This document shows positions 10,384 to 18,476 of a stretch of DNA of 64,000 bases, one piece after another (positions within the stretch are counted from its first letter, which is position 1; each line of letters starts with the position of its first letter). The notes below the pieces were generated by a model that saw nothing but the letters and a program-made list of their open reading frames with translations, was not told the DNA's origin and searched no databases. The translations under genes and the position numbers were made by a program. Source of the DNA: an uncultured Chloroflexia bacterium (lineage in GTDB: Bacteria > Chloroflexota > Limnocylindria > Limnocylindrales > CSP1-4); assembly GCA_963776385.1 (NCBI GenBank), contig CAVZME010000011.1, positions 285,307 through 349,306 on the forward strand, written 5' to 3'.

Positions 10384-12147
10384 ATGACTGACGAGGCCGG
10401 CCCGACCCCCGCGCCGGACCACGGGGACCGAGCTGCCGCGATGGCCCTGGTCGCCCACTACGTCCCCATCCTCCGCTGGCTGCCGGCCTATGACCGGGCC
10501 GATCTCCGATTCGACCTCATCGCGGGCCTCGTCTCGTGGGGCGTCATGGTCCCGGTCGCGATGGCCTATGCCGGCCTCGCGGGCGTCCCGCCCGAGCTCG
10601 GTCTCGTCACCGCGTTCACCGCCCTGGCCGCCTATGCCATCTTCGGGACGTCGCGGCATCTCAAGGTCACGACCAGCTCATCGATCGCGATCATGTCGGC
10701 GTCGGTCGTGGGAGCGATCGCCGCCTCGCAGGTGCCCGGCAATTACGTCGTCCTGAGCGCGGGCCTGGCACTCGCGGTCGGCCTCATCCTGGTGGTGGCC
10801 GGCGCGATGCGTCTCGGGTTCCTGTCGCAATTCCTCGCCGCGTCCGTCGTCACCGGGTTCGTCATCGGCCTGGCGTTCGTGATCACGGTCGGCCAGATCC
10901 CTGCCCTCCTCGGGATCCCGCCGGTGAGCGGCACGATCATCGAGAAACTCGTCGAGATCGTCCAGGAACTCGACCTCGTCGATGTCGCCACGGCGATCCT
11001 GGGCATCGGCACCCTGATCGGCATCGTCGTCCTCAAGCGGGTCGCCCCACGTGTCCCGGGTCCGCTGATCGCCCTCATCGTCGGGATCATCGCCTCGACC
11101 GTCCTCGACCTGTCGGCCCAGGGCGTGGCCGTCGTCGGCGACGTCGCGACCGGGATCCCGCTGCCGAGCATCCCCCGGATCCCCATCGGCGACATCATCT
11201 TCCTGGTCACGGGCGCCTTCGGCATCGTGTTCCTGGCCCTTGCCGAGTCGATCGGAGCCGCCCGGTCGTTCGGGGCCCGGCACGGCTACGACATCGATCC
11301 GGACCAGGAACTCATCGCCCTCGGCGCGTCGAATGTCGCCAGCGGGCTGTTCGGCGGCTTCGCGGTCGATGCCAGCTTCAGCCAGTCCGCGACCGGCGAG
11401 GCGGCCGGCAACCGGACCCAGGCATCGACGCTCTTCACGGCGGGCCTGATCCTGGCGACCTCGATCGTCCTCGCTCCCCTCTTCGCCAACCTGCCCCTGT
11501 CGGTTCTGGCGGCTATCGTCATCACGTCCGTGCTGAACCTGGTCAACATCTCCGAGCTGCGTCGTTACTACGCGTGGCGCAGGACGGACTTCCTGCTGGC
11601 GATGACGGCACTCGGTGGCGTCGTCTTCACGACGGCGCTGACCGGCATGGCGATCGCCGTCGCCCTGTCGCTCCTGGCGATCCTGTACCAGGCCAGCCGA
11701 CCGTACCTGGCGGTCCTCGGGCGGATCCCGGGCGACCCACCGGTCTTCGCCGACGCCGAGCGTCACGAATCGGCACGACCGGTCGAGGGCTTTCTCATCC
11801 TCCGCCCCAACGTCCCGCTGACCTTCGTCAACGCCGACGTCGCGAAGGACCAGGTCATGGAGCACATCGCGGGTGCCCCCGAACCGCCGCGCGCCCTCAT
11901 CCTCGACATCGGAGCGACCGCCGACCTGGACGTCGCCACCATCGACATGCTGACCGCCCTCGTCGTCGAGCTGCGCAGCCTGGCCATCGAGCTGCGTCTC
12001 AGCCAGGTCCGTGGGACCGTCCGGGACCGGATGCGTCGGTCCGGGCTCATGACCACGGTCGGCGAGGGCAACATCTATCTGTCGGACGAAGCTGCGGCGG
12101 CCGCGCCGCTCGCCGAACGGCCGGCACCGACCGAGGGCGACGCCTGA
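10384..12147 (+). CDS. sulP: SulP/SLC26 anion permease with C-terminal STAS domain
   Basis: DLIAG..VPVAMAYA.LAGVPP..GL, DQELIALG.SN, LTFVNAD, DLDVAT. Confidence 0.96.
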   Translation: MTDEAGPTPAPDHGDRAAAMALVAHYVPILRWLPAYDRADLRFDLIAGLVSWGVMVPVAMAYAGLAGVPPELGLVTAFTALAAYAIFGTSRHLKVTTSSSIAIMSASVVGAIAASQVPGNYVVLSAGLALAVGLILVVAGAMRLGFLSQFLAASVVTGFVIGLAFVITVGQIPALLGIPPVSGTIIEKLVEIVQELDLVDVATAILGIGTLIGIVVLKRVAPRVPGPLIALIVGIIASTVLDLSAQGVAVVGDVATGIPLPSIPRIPIGDIIFLVTGAFGIVFLALAESIGAARSFGARHGYDIDPDQELIALGASNVASGLFGGFAVDASFSQSATGEAAGNRTQASTLFTAGLILATSIVLAPLFANLPLSVLAAIVITSVLNLVNISELRRYYAWRRTDFLLAMTALGGVVFTTALTGMAIAVALSLLAILYQASRPYLAVLGRIPGDPPVFADAERHESARPVEGFLILRPNVPLTFVNADVAKDQVMEHIAGAPEPPRALILDIGATADLDVATIDMLTALVVELRSLAIELRLSQVRGTVRDRMRRSGLMTTVGEGNIYLSDEAAAAAPLAERPAPTEGDA

Positions 12148-12168
12148 TCGCGAACCGCACGCTCCCTG

Positions 12169-12195
12169 CCATCCGGATGGGCTCGCCGGCCGAAT
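12169..12195 (+). promoter_or_regulatory. SigK-type ECF promoter
   Basis: Exact CCATCC-N15-CCGAAT (the consensus described for mycobacterial SigK) about 100 bp upstream of the sigK-like gene. Confidence 0.8.
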
Positions 12196-12295
12196 GGCGG
12201 TCGTGGAGACCCTCGTGCCCTGGCATGCCGGACCTTCGGGCACGCCCGGGTATCATCGAACCGCGCTGCAGCCCAACATCGGCGGACGCACCGCC

Positions 12296-12985
12296 GTGAC
12301 CGAGCGGCCGAAGGCGGAGGCGATCGGTCTGCCCGACACCGAGGATCCAGCGACGCGCGCCCAGCTCGACCGGGATGTCCGGCGGGTCGAGGAGGCGGCA
12401 TTGCTCGCGCGCATCGTCGATCGCGACGAGGCGGCCGTGGAGGACCTGTACGCCCGATACAGCGGGCCCCTGTACTCCCTCGCCTACCGCGTCACGGGCG
12501 CGGACCGGTTCGCGCAGGACGTCGTCCAGGAGGTGTTCATCGCCCTCTGGAAGGACGCGGCGCGGTTCGATCCGAGCCGCGGATCGGTCGGGCCGTGGCT
12601 GTTCAGCCTGGCGCGCCACAAGGCCATCGACCTCGTCCGGCGCGAGGCCAACGTGCGCAAGCGGACTGCTGATGTCGACCTGGAGTTCGAGGTCGCCGCC
12701 GAGGACGTGGACCGCGAGGCGTGGCAGAACCTGCGTCGCGACCGCGTCCGCGAGGCCGTCGCCGGCCTCAGTGAGACGCAGCGCACCGCGCTCGAACTCG
12801 CATTCTTCTCCGGCCTGACGCACGTGGAAGTGGCCGAGCGGCTGGGCATCCCGCTCGGGACCGCGAAGACCCGCATCCGGACCGCGCTCCTGAAGCTGCG
12901 CGATGCCCTTGGCTCGGAACTGTCCGAGGACGAGGACACCGCGGATGGATCGACCAGATGGACCACGGAAGCCTCCGACTCCTAG
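12296..12985 (+). CDS. sigK: ECF sigma factor, SigK-like
   Basis: AQDVVQEVFIALWKDAARFDPSRGS..WL...ARHKAID; LAFFSGLTH.EVA..LGIPLGTAKTRIR. Confidence 0.9.
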   Translation: MTERPKAEAIGLPDTEDPATRAQLDRDVRRVEEAALLARIVDRDEAAVEDLYARYSGPLYSLAYRVTGADRFAQDVVQEVFIALWKDAARFDPSRGSVGPWLFSLARHKAIDLVRREANVRKRTADVDLEFEVAAEDVDREAWQNLRRDRVREAVAGLSETQRTALELAFFSGLTHVEVAERLGIPLGTAKTRIRTALLKLRDALGSELSEDEDTADGSTRWTTEASDS

Positions 12986-13719
12986 GCGCCGGGGCCGCCC
13001 TCGACGACCTCGACCCCGCCGAACGGCACGCATACGAGGCGCACCTGCCCGGCTGTCGATCGTGCCGCCGTCTCGCGCGCGAGCTTGATGCGACGCTCGC
13101 CGAACTCGCGTTCGCCGTGCCCGGGATGGCCCCTCCGGCCACTCTGCGGGCGTCGGTGATGGGTGCGCTGCGATCGACCGACGAGCGAGCGGCTCGTCTG
13201 GTCCCGGTCATGTCGGCCGTGCCGCTCGAGCCCCGGCGCACGAGGATGCCGGTCCTCCTCGGGCTCGCTGCCGTGCTTGCCATCGTCGTGGTCGGCGCCG
13301 GCGCGTGGGCCGTCAGGATCGGTGGCGATCTCGATGCGGCCACGGCTCGGGCGGACGTGCAGGCGGCCGCACTCGGCGTCATCGCCGACCCTGCCCACCA
13401 TACTGCCACGCTCCACGCCGAGTCGGCCGCTCCCGCCGCCACCGCGGTCGTCGTCTGGCGGCCCGGCACGACCGACGCTTTCGTCATGGCCGACCACCTG
13501 CCCCCGACCGAGGACGGCATGGTCTACCAGCTCTGGCACGCAGACGCCGCGGGGGTCCACCCGCTGGGGACGTTCCGCTACGACGGGCGGGAGCCGTTCC
13601 TCGCGCCCTTCGGCGTCGACCTGTCCGGCAGCGCAGCGGCCATGATCACCCTCGAACCGGAGGGCAGCACCACCGGTGAGCCGGGCACCCAGGTCGTCTT
13701 CGGCGATCTCGCGAGTTGA
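12958..13719 (+). CDS. rskA: Anti-sigma factor, RskA family
   Basis: HLPGCRSC zinc anti-sigma motif, one TM helix, LPP..VYQLW and ITLEPEG RskA C-terminal motifs. Confidence 0.9.
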   Translation: MDHGSLRLLGAGAALDDLDPAERHAYEAHLPGCRSCRRLARELDATLAELAFAVPGMAPPATLRASVMGALRSTDERAARLVPVMSAVPLEPRRTRMPVLLGLAAVLAIVVVGAGAWAVRIGGDLDAATARADVQAAALGVIADPAHHTATLHAESAAPAATAVVVWRPGTTDAFVMADHLPPTEDGMVYQLWHADAAGVHPLGTFRYDGREPFLAPFGVDLSGSAAAMITLEPEGSTTGEPGTQVVFGDLAS

Positions 13720-14927
13720 GTGACGGCACCCTCCCGCTGATTCGTCCCGACCGCGAGCCCGGCCACGACCACGACACCGACGACGGCGATGCCCAGCGCC
13801 ATCACGTAGGCCGGCGCGCTGGCGCGACCGACGGCGGCCCGCGACTCACCCGGGCGATGCCACAGCGATGACATGGTGGGGACGCCGGTCGGTGGGATGA
13901 GCGCGCCCAGCCAGAGGCCCGCGGCAAGCCCGGCGAGGTGCGCCGCGTTGTCGATCGAGCCGCCAGATGCGAACCCGAACACGATGTTGATGAGCACGAG
14001 GAACATCAGCTGGCTGACCACGCCGCGGCTCTGCCGGTCGACCGGGTGGTGGATCCGACCGGCGGCCAGCAGGATGCCGAACAGTCCGAAGATCGCTCCC
14101 GACGCCCCGACCGACGGCACGTCGCCGCCGAACACGAAGCTGCCCGTCGACCCTGCCGCGGCGCAGGCGAGGTAGAACACGAGGAAGCGCCACGGTCCGT
14201 ACCACCGCTCGACGATCGTCCCCGCCAGGTACAGCGCGTACATGTTGAAGATGAGGTGCAGGGGATCCTGCGGTGAGTGGAGCAGGGTGACGGTCCAGAG
14301 GCGCCAGATCTCACCCGCCGCGAGGGCGGGCTTGTCGAGCTGCAGCCAGTCGTAGAGGAACGCCCCATCGCTCGACAGCATCGCCGTCAGCGAGACGATG
14401 GTGGTCAGCGCGATGAGGATCAGGGTGACCGTGACCCGCGGGCCGTCGCCCCGACCCTTGGCGAAATACCGGCCCGCAGCCCGGGTGTCGCCGGTCTCCT
14501 TGGTCAGCCAGCCGAGACGATTGGCGATCTCGGCCTTGTCCTCGAGCGGGGCGCGCTTGTCGGCTTCGCGATAGGCGGTGATCGCCCCGGACAGGTCGCC
14601 GTCGCGGACGCGGGCGGCCGCCACGTTGCGCCACGCCGTGTACGTCGAAGGGTTCTCGGGCAGCTGGAGGACCGCTTCCCAGCTCGCGACTGCGGCAGCC
14701 TCGTCGTTCAACCGGTAGTGGGCCTCGCCCAGACCCAGCAGTGCTGCCGCCGTGATCGCCGCATCGTCGAAGCCGACGACCCGCGAGAAATGCTGGCCCG
14801 CCTCGGCGAAATCGCCGGAGGCGAGGAGGTCGGTGCCGCGCTGGAGCAGGGCAAGCGCTTTCTCGCGCGTGAGTCGGCCGGTCTCCGAACGATCGGGCGG
14901 GGGTGCCGGCGTCGGAGAGTCGTTCAT
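13578..14927 (-). CDS. Rhomboid intramembrane serine protease with N-terminal TPR repeats
   Basis: WRLWT..LLH, HLIFNM, GASG catalytic Ser, AHLAG catalytic His; TPR-like helices at the N-terminus; 3' end uncertain because it overlaps rskA. Confidence 0.9.
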   Translation of the reverse strand: MNDSPTPAPPPDRSETGRLTREKALALLQRGTDLLASGDFAEAGQHFSRVVGFDDAAITAAALLGLGEAHYRLNDEAAAVASWEAVLQLPENPSTYTAWRNVAAARVRDGDLSGAITAYREADKRAPLEDKAEIANRLGWLTKETGDTRAAGRYFAKGRGDGPRVTVTLILIALTTIVSLTAMLSSDGAFLYDWLQLDKPALAAGEIWRLWTVTLLHSPQDPLHLIFNMYALYLAGTIVERWYGPWRFLVFYLACAAAGSTGSFVFGGDVPSVGASGAIFGLFGILLAAGRIHHPVDRQSRGVVSQLMFLVLINIVFGFASGGSIDNAAHLAGLAAGLWLGALIPPTGVPTMSSLWHRPGESRAAVGRASAPAYVMALGIAVVGVVVVAGLAVGTNQREGAVTQLARSPKTTWVPGSPVVLPSGSRVIMAAALPDRSTPKGARNGSRPS

Positions 14928-14953
14928 CGTCCGGACGATACTAGACTGCCTTC

Positions 14954-15661
14954 ATGTGCGGACGGTTCACCCAGCAGCGGCCGGCTTCGGAGCTGGCCGA
15001 GATCTTCGGCGCAGAACCACTGATCGACGACCCGGGCGGTCACTACAACGTCGCCCCGACCGACGAAGCCGCGGTCGTGGTCCAGCGCGAGGAGCGTCGT
15101 GCCATCACGGCCTACCGCTGGGGGCTCATCCCGCATTGGGCCAAGGACGCCAAGGTCGGATCGCGGATGTTCAACGCGCGGGCCGAGACCATCACCAGCA
15201 GTCCCGCATTCCGCGACGCGTTCGCCCGCAAACGGTGCCTCGTCCCGGTCGATTCGTTCTACGAGTGGAAGCGCGAGGGCAAGATCCGTCAGCCCTTCCG
15301 GGTCGTCCGCCGCGATGGCATGCCCCTCGCGCTCGCGGGCCTGTGGGCAGGCTGGCGCGACCCGGAGACGGACATCGTCCGGCGGACGTTCACGATCATC
15401 ACCACCACGCCGAACGATGCCCTGATCGACCTTCACGACCGGATGCCTGTGGTGATCTCCGAGGACGCCTGGGAACGCTGGCTCGATCCATCACCGCCCG
15501 ACCCGTCCGAGCTCATGGGATTGCTGGCGCCGAATGATGCAGTCGACCTCGAGGTCTATGCGGTGGAGCGGTTCGTCAATGACGTCCGACGCGATGGGCC
15601 GGAGCTGATACAGCCGCTGATGCCGGTGCCGGCCGATCCGGTCCTGTTCGACGGCCACTGA
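14954..15661 (+). CDS. yedK: SOS response-associated peptidase (SRAP/YedK/HMCES), abasic-site protection
   Basis: MCGRF N-terminus, YNVAPT, WGLIP, FNARAET, FYEW, HDRMP. Confidence 0.96.
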   Translation: MCGRFTQQRPASELAEIFGAEPLIDDPGGHYNVAPTDEAAVVVQREERRAITAYRWGLIPHWAKDAKVGSRMFNARAETITSSPAFRDAFARKRCLVPVDSFYEWKREGKIRQPFRVVRRDGMPLALAGLWAGWRDPETDIVRRTFTIITTTPNDALIDLHDRMPVVISEDAWERWLDPSPPDPSELMGLLAPNDAVDLEVYAVERFVNDVRRDGPELIQPLMPVPADPVLFDGH

Positions 15662-15673
15662 GCCGGATCTGCC

Positions 15674-16340
15674 TCAGTCGTCCGTCACGCCCGTCCAGCC
15701 GTCGGAGCCGATGGACGCCTGGAATGCCTCCTCCGGCTCGATCCCATCATCGAGCGCCGCGGCGAATGAACCGACGAGGTCGGTGAAGGCGCCGTCGGGA
15801 TCGTCGACAGGCGCCTCGAACACGATGACGTCGGCTGGCAGGTCGTCCGGGACCGGGGAGCCGGCCGAGATGACGAGGACCATCCGCGCCTCGGCCCAGC
15901 GTGCCGCGTCGGACACGACCGTGATGACATCGGCGCGTGCCGGCTCGGCGACGACCACGACCCCGAATTCGGTCAGGTAGCGCAGGCCGAGATCGACATC
16001 GGCGGCATCGATCGCCGGGCCGTCGGTCAGCGATGGCCGGTCGCGGCTCGGGATCGAGCGCCACGGCCGCTGGGTCGGCCGGCGCCTCGTCCTCTTCGGC
16101 GGCCACCGGTTCGAGCGGTGTCGCTCGAGCAGATTCGCGGAGCAAGGCGACATGACCGACAGCGCCGCGAGCCAGGTCGAGGACCACACCGTCGGCGGTG
16201 GTGTCGTCGCCGGTCTTCCCGACGAGCTGGACGGTCCCGCCCGCCCGGGCCGCGGCCAGGGCCACACGCGATGACATCCCTGCCGCCGAGATGGTGCCAT
16301 CCGTGAGGCGACCGATGGGAGAGCCGATGACGACGATCAC
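15674..16340 (-). CDS. Degenerate PfkB/ribokinase-like protein (frameshift near 16035)
   Basis: VALAAARAGG.VQLVGKTGDD matches the PfkB N-terminal signature; no GAGD motif. Confidence 0.6.
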
Positions 16341-16373
16341 CGTCGAAGGGTACGCGCCGGCGGTCTCGGCGTA

Positions 16374-17147
16374 TCAGCCTGGACCACTCCCGCCGCCATC
16401 GTCGCTGCCACCGCCGCCACTCCCGCTGTTGTCCGTGCCCGTCGGCTGGGGCGTGTCGGCTGGCTGAGGCGTGTGGTCGTCGTCGGGTGTCTCGGTCGGT
16501 CGGGGTGTCCTGGCCGGTCTCGGTGTCTCCGTCGGTCTGGCGGTCCCGCCGGGCTGCGCGGTCTCGGTCGGATCGGCCGCGTCACCGGTTTCGGCCGACT
16601 CGCTGGGCTCGGCGGACTCGCTGGGCTCGGCGGACTCGCTCGGTTCGGCCGACTGGCTCGGTTCGAGCGACGTCGGGCTGACGACAGGAGCGGACGGCGC
16701 GGTCGGGTTCGAGCTCTGTTCGGGGGCGGTCGTCGGCCCATTCGGTCCGATGAGCGCGCCCACGGTGAGCGCCGTGACCCCGGTCATCGCGCCAGCCGCG
16801 AGGATGACCAGCAGCACGAACGCGAGAGCCTGCATCCGCACCGCCATCGGCCGGCCGCCCGTCGTGGCCACGCCCCACGATTCGCGCACGGCGACGAAGA
16901 AGGCTCCGACCCGACCGCCCCGGACGGCTGCGGCCGGCTTGACGACGAGTCGCGGCGCGGGCTCGGCTGCGATCGCAGCCATGACCCGGTCCTCGAATCC
17001 TTCGGTCGGGCGGATGCCGACGTCGGCGCCGAGCGCCTCGAGCTCGCGGGCGGCCGCCAGGGCGTCGGCGAGCTCCGCCTGGCTCGGTTCCGGTTCGCCG
17101 GGCACGCGCAGCTCAGCGGGGTCGAAGCCGCGGTACGGCCCGGTCAC
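16374..17147 (-). CDS. Putative membrane anti-sigma factor with P/S/T/E/D-rich extracytoplasmic tail (module 1)
   Basis: Overlaps the ECF stop codon; F.DRVMAAIA..P.P motif, TM helix, AEPSES repeats, DDH/G-rich end. Confidence 0.75.
   Translation of the reverse strand: MTGPYRGFDPAELRVPGEPEPSQAELADALAAARELEALGADVGIRPTEGFEDRVMAAIAAEPAPRLVVKPAAAVRGGRVGAFFVAVRESWGVATTGGRPMAVRMQALAFVLLVILAAGAMTGVTALTVGALIGPNGPTTAPEQSSNPTAPSAPVVSPTSLEPSQSAEPSESAEPSESAEPSESAETGDAADPTETAQPGGTARPTETPRPARTPRPTETPDDDHTPQPADTPQPTGTDNSGSGGGGSDDGGGSGPG
16591..16665 (-). repeat. 18-bp tandem repeat (about 4 copies) encoding AEPSES
   Basis: cggcggactcgctgggct units on the + strand. Confidence 0.85.
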
Positions 17148-17836
17148 GCGTCACTCCCACGGTCGACGGTCTCGCGCAAGCGCAGCAGACCGCGACGCAG
17201 GTGGGTCTTCACCGTGCCGAGTGGCCGCTCCGTCTGCCGGGCGATCTCCTCGAGCGACAGGCCGCCGAAGAACCGCAGGGAGACGACTTCGCGATATGGC
17301 TCGGGAAGTGCGGCGACCGCGCTGCGCAGGTCAGCCGCTCGCTCCGAACGGAGGGCGATCGTCGCAGGGTCGGATCGAGCGCCGGTCGACATGTCGCCCA
17401 TGACCGCTTCGTCGGCCGTCCCTGGATGGGTCTTTTCCGTCGCCGCGGTCGCGTCGATCCAGGTCACCGACCGTCGCTGGCCGACGCGCCGCAAGGCGAT
17501 CCGGATCGCGATCCGCGTCAGCCATGCGCCGAACGGGCCGTCGCCGCGCCAGCTCGCGAGCGAGCGATAGGCGGTCACGAACGCCTCCTGGCTCACGTCC
17601 TCTGCCTCGTGCAGGTCGCCGAGGATGCGGTGGCTGGCACGCACGACGGATGCGGATTCGCGCTCGACGAGTTGGCGGAATGCGTCCCGGTCGCCGCCGA
17701 GCACGGCGTCCACGATCGAGCGGTCGCTGTGGTCATCGTCGGGTCCGGTGGCGGAAGATGGTCGAAGGATCGCCTGACTCCGTGACGCTGGTGACGGTTC
17801 GGGATCCGGCACGCCGGATCCGCTCGTCCCCATCAT
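17144..17836 (-). CDS. ECF sigma factor (module 1)
   Basis: GDRDAFRQLVERE, EAEDVSQEAF, WRGDGPFGAWL, LPEPYREVVSLRFF..LSLEEIA...LGTVKTHL; start uncertain. Confidence 0.93.
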   Translation of the reverse strand: MMGTSGSGVPDPEPSPASRSQAILRPSSATGPDDDHSDRSIVDAVLGGDRDAFRQLVERESASVVRASHRILGDLHEAEDVSQEAFVTAYRSLASWRGDGPFGAWLTRIAIRIALRRVGQRRSVTWIDATAATEKTHPGTADEAVMGDMSTGARSDPATIALRSERAADLRSAVAALPEPYREVVSLRFFGGLSLEEIARQTERPLGTVKTHLRRGLLRLRETVDRGSDA

Positions 17837-17907
17837 GCGCGAGGGCGAACGGATCCATCGGCTGTCGGGCCGTCCGCCCACCTGGACGGGCGTCGCCGGA
17901 TCGGACG

Positions 17908-18403
17908 TCAGTCGTCGCCGCCGCCGCCATGTCCGCTGTCGCCGCCACCATCGGGGCCGCTGTCGTCGCTGCCGTCGTGGCCGCTCGAGCCGCTGTTGTC
18001 GTCCGTCGTGTCCGTAGCGTCATCACCGTTGTTGTCGGTCGCTTCGGCACCGTCGTTGCCGTCCGACGCGCTGTCATGGCCGCTGGTCCCGCCGTGGTCG
18101 TCGGTCGCATCCGGGGCGTCGTTGCCGTTGTCGTCGGTCGCGTCGGGTGCATCGACGCTGTTGTCGTCGGTCGGGATCGCGAGCTCGAGGACGGAGTCCT
18201 CGGTGGGCTCGGCGGGTCTCGGTGGGCTCGGCGGTCTCGGTGGGCTCCGCGGTCTCGGTGGGCTCGGCGGCCTGCTGGCTCTGATCGCGATCGCTGCGAC
18301 CCGACCCCATCAGGCCATCCGCGGCGAAAGCGGCACCAGCCACGAGGAACAGGGTCATCGCGGCGACGGCCGACCCGCGTACCACCTTGACATCGTTGCG
18401 CAT
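17908..18403 (-). CDS. Secreted Asp/His/Gly-rich low-complexity protein (module 1; frameshift near 18215)
   Basis: Signal peptide ending AAFA-A, AEPTET repeats, then DATDDN/DDHGG/GHDG acidic tail to TGA at 17908. Confidence 0.75.
18200..18270 (-). repeat. 18-bp tandem repeat (about 4 copies) encoding AEPTET
   Basis: gtctcggtgggctcggcg units on the + strand. Confidence 0.85.
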
Positions 18404-18440
18404 CTCGTTCGTCTCCCCTGGGCCCGGTCGACGACCGGCT

Positions 18441-18476
18441 GTACTCCCTTGAGACGACGGGCGCGGAAAAGGTTTC
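18441..18476 (-). promoter_or_regulatory. Putative ECF promoter of module 1
   Basis: Minus strand reads GAAACCTT-N16-TCAA-GG-GAGTAC, conserved with identical spacing at 48732-48767. Confidence 0.75.

Noticed and set aside
14954-15661. SRAP as a marker of a prophage or mutagenesis cassette
   Set aside because: There are no imuABC/dnaE2, phage or defence genes nearby.
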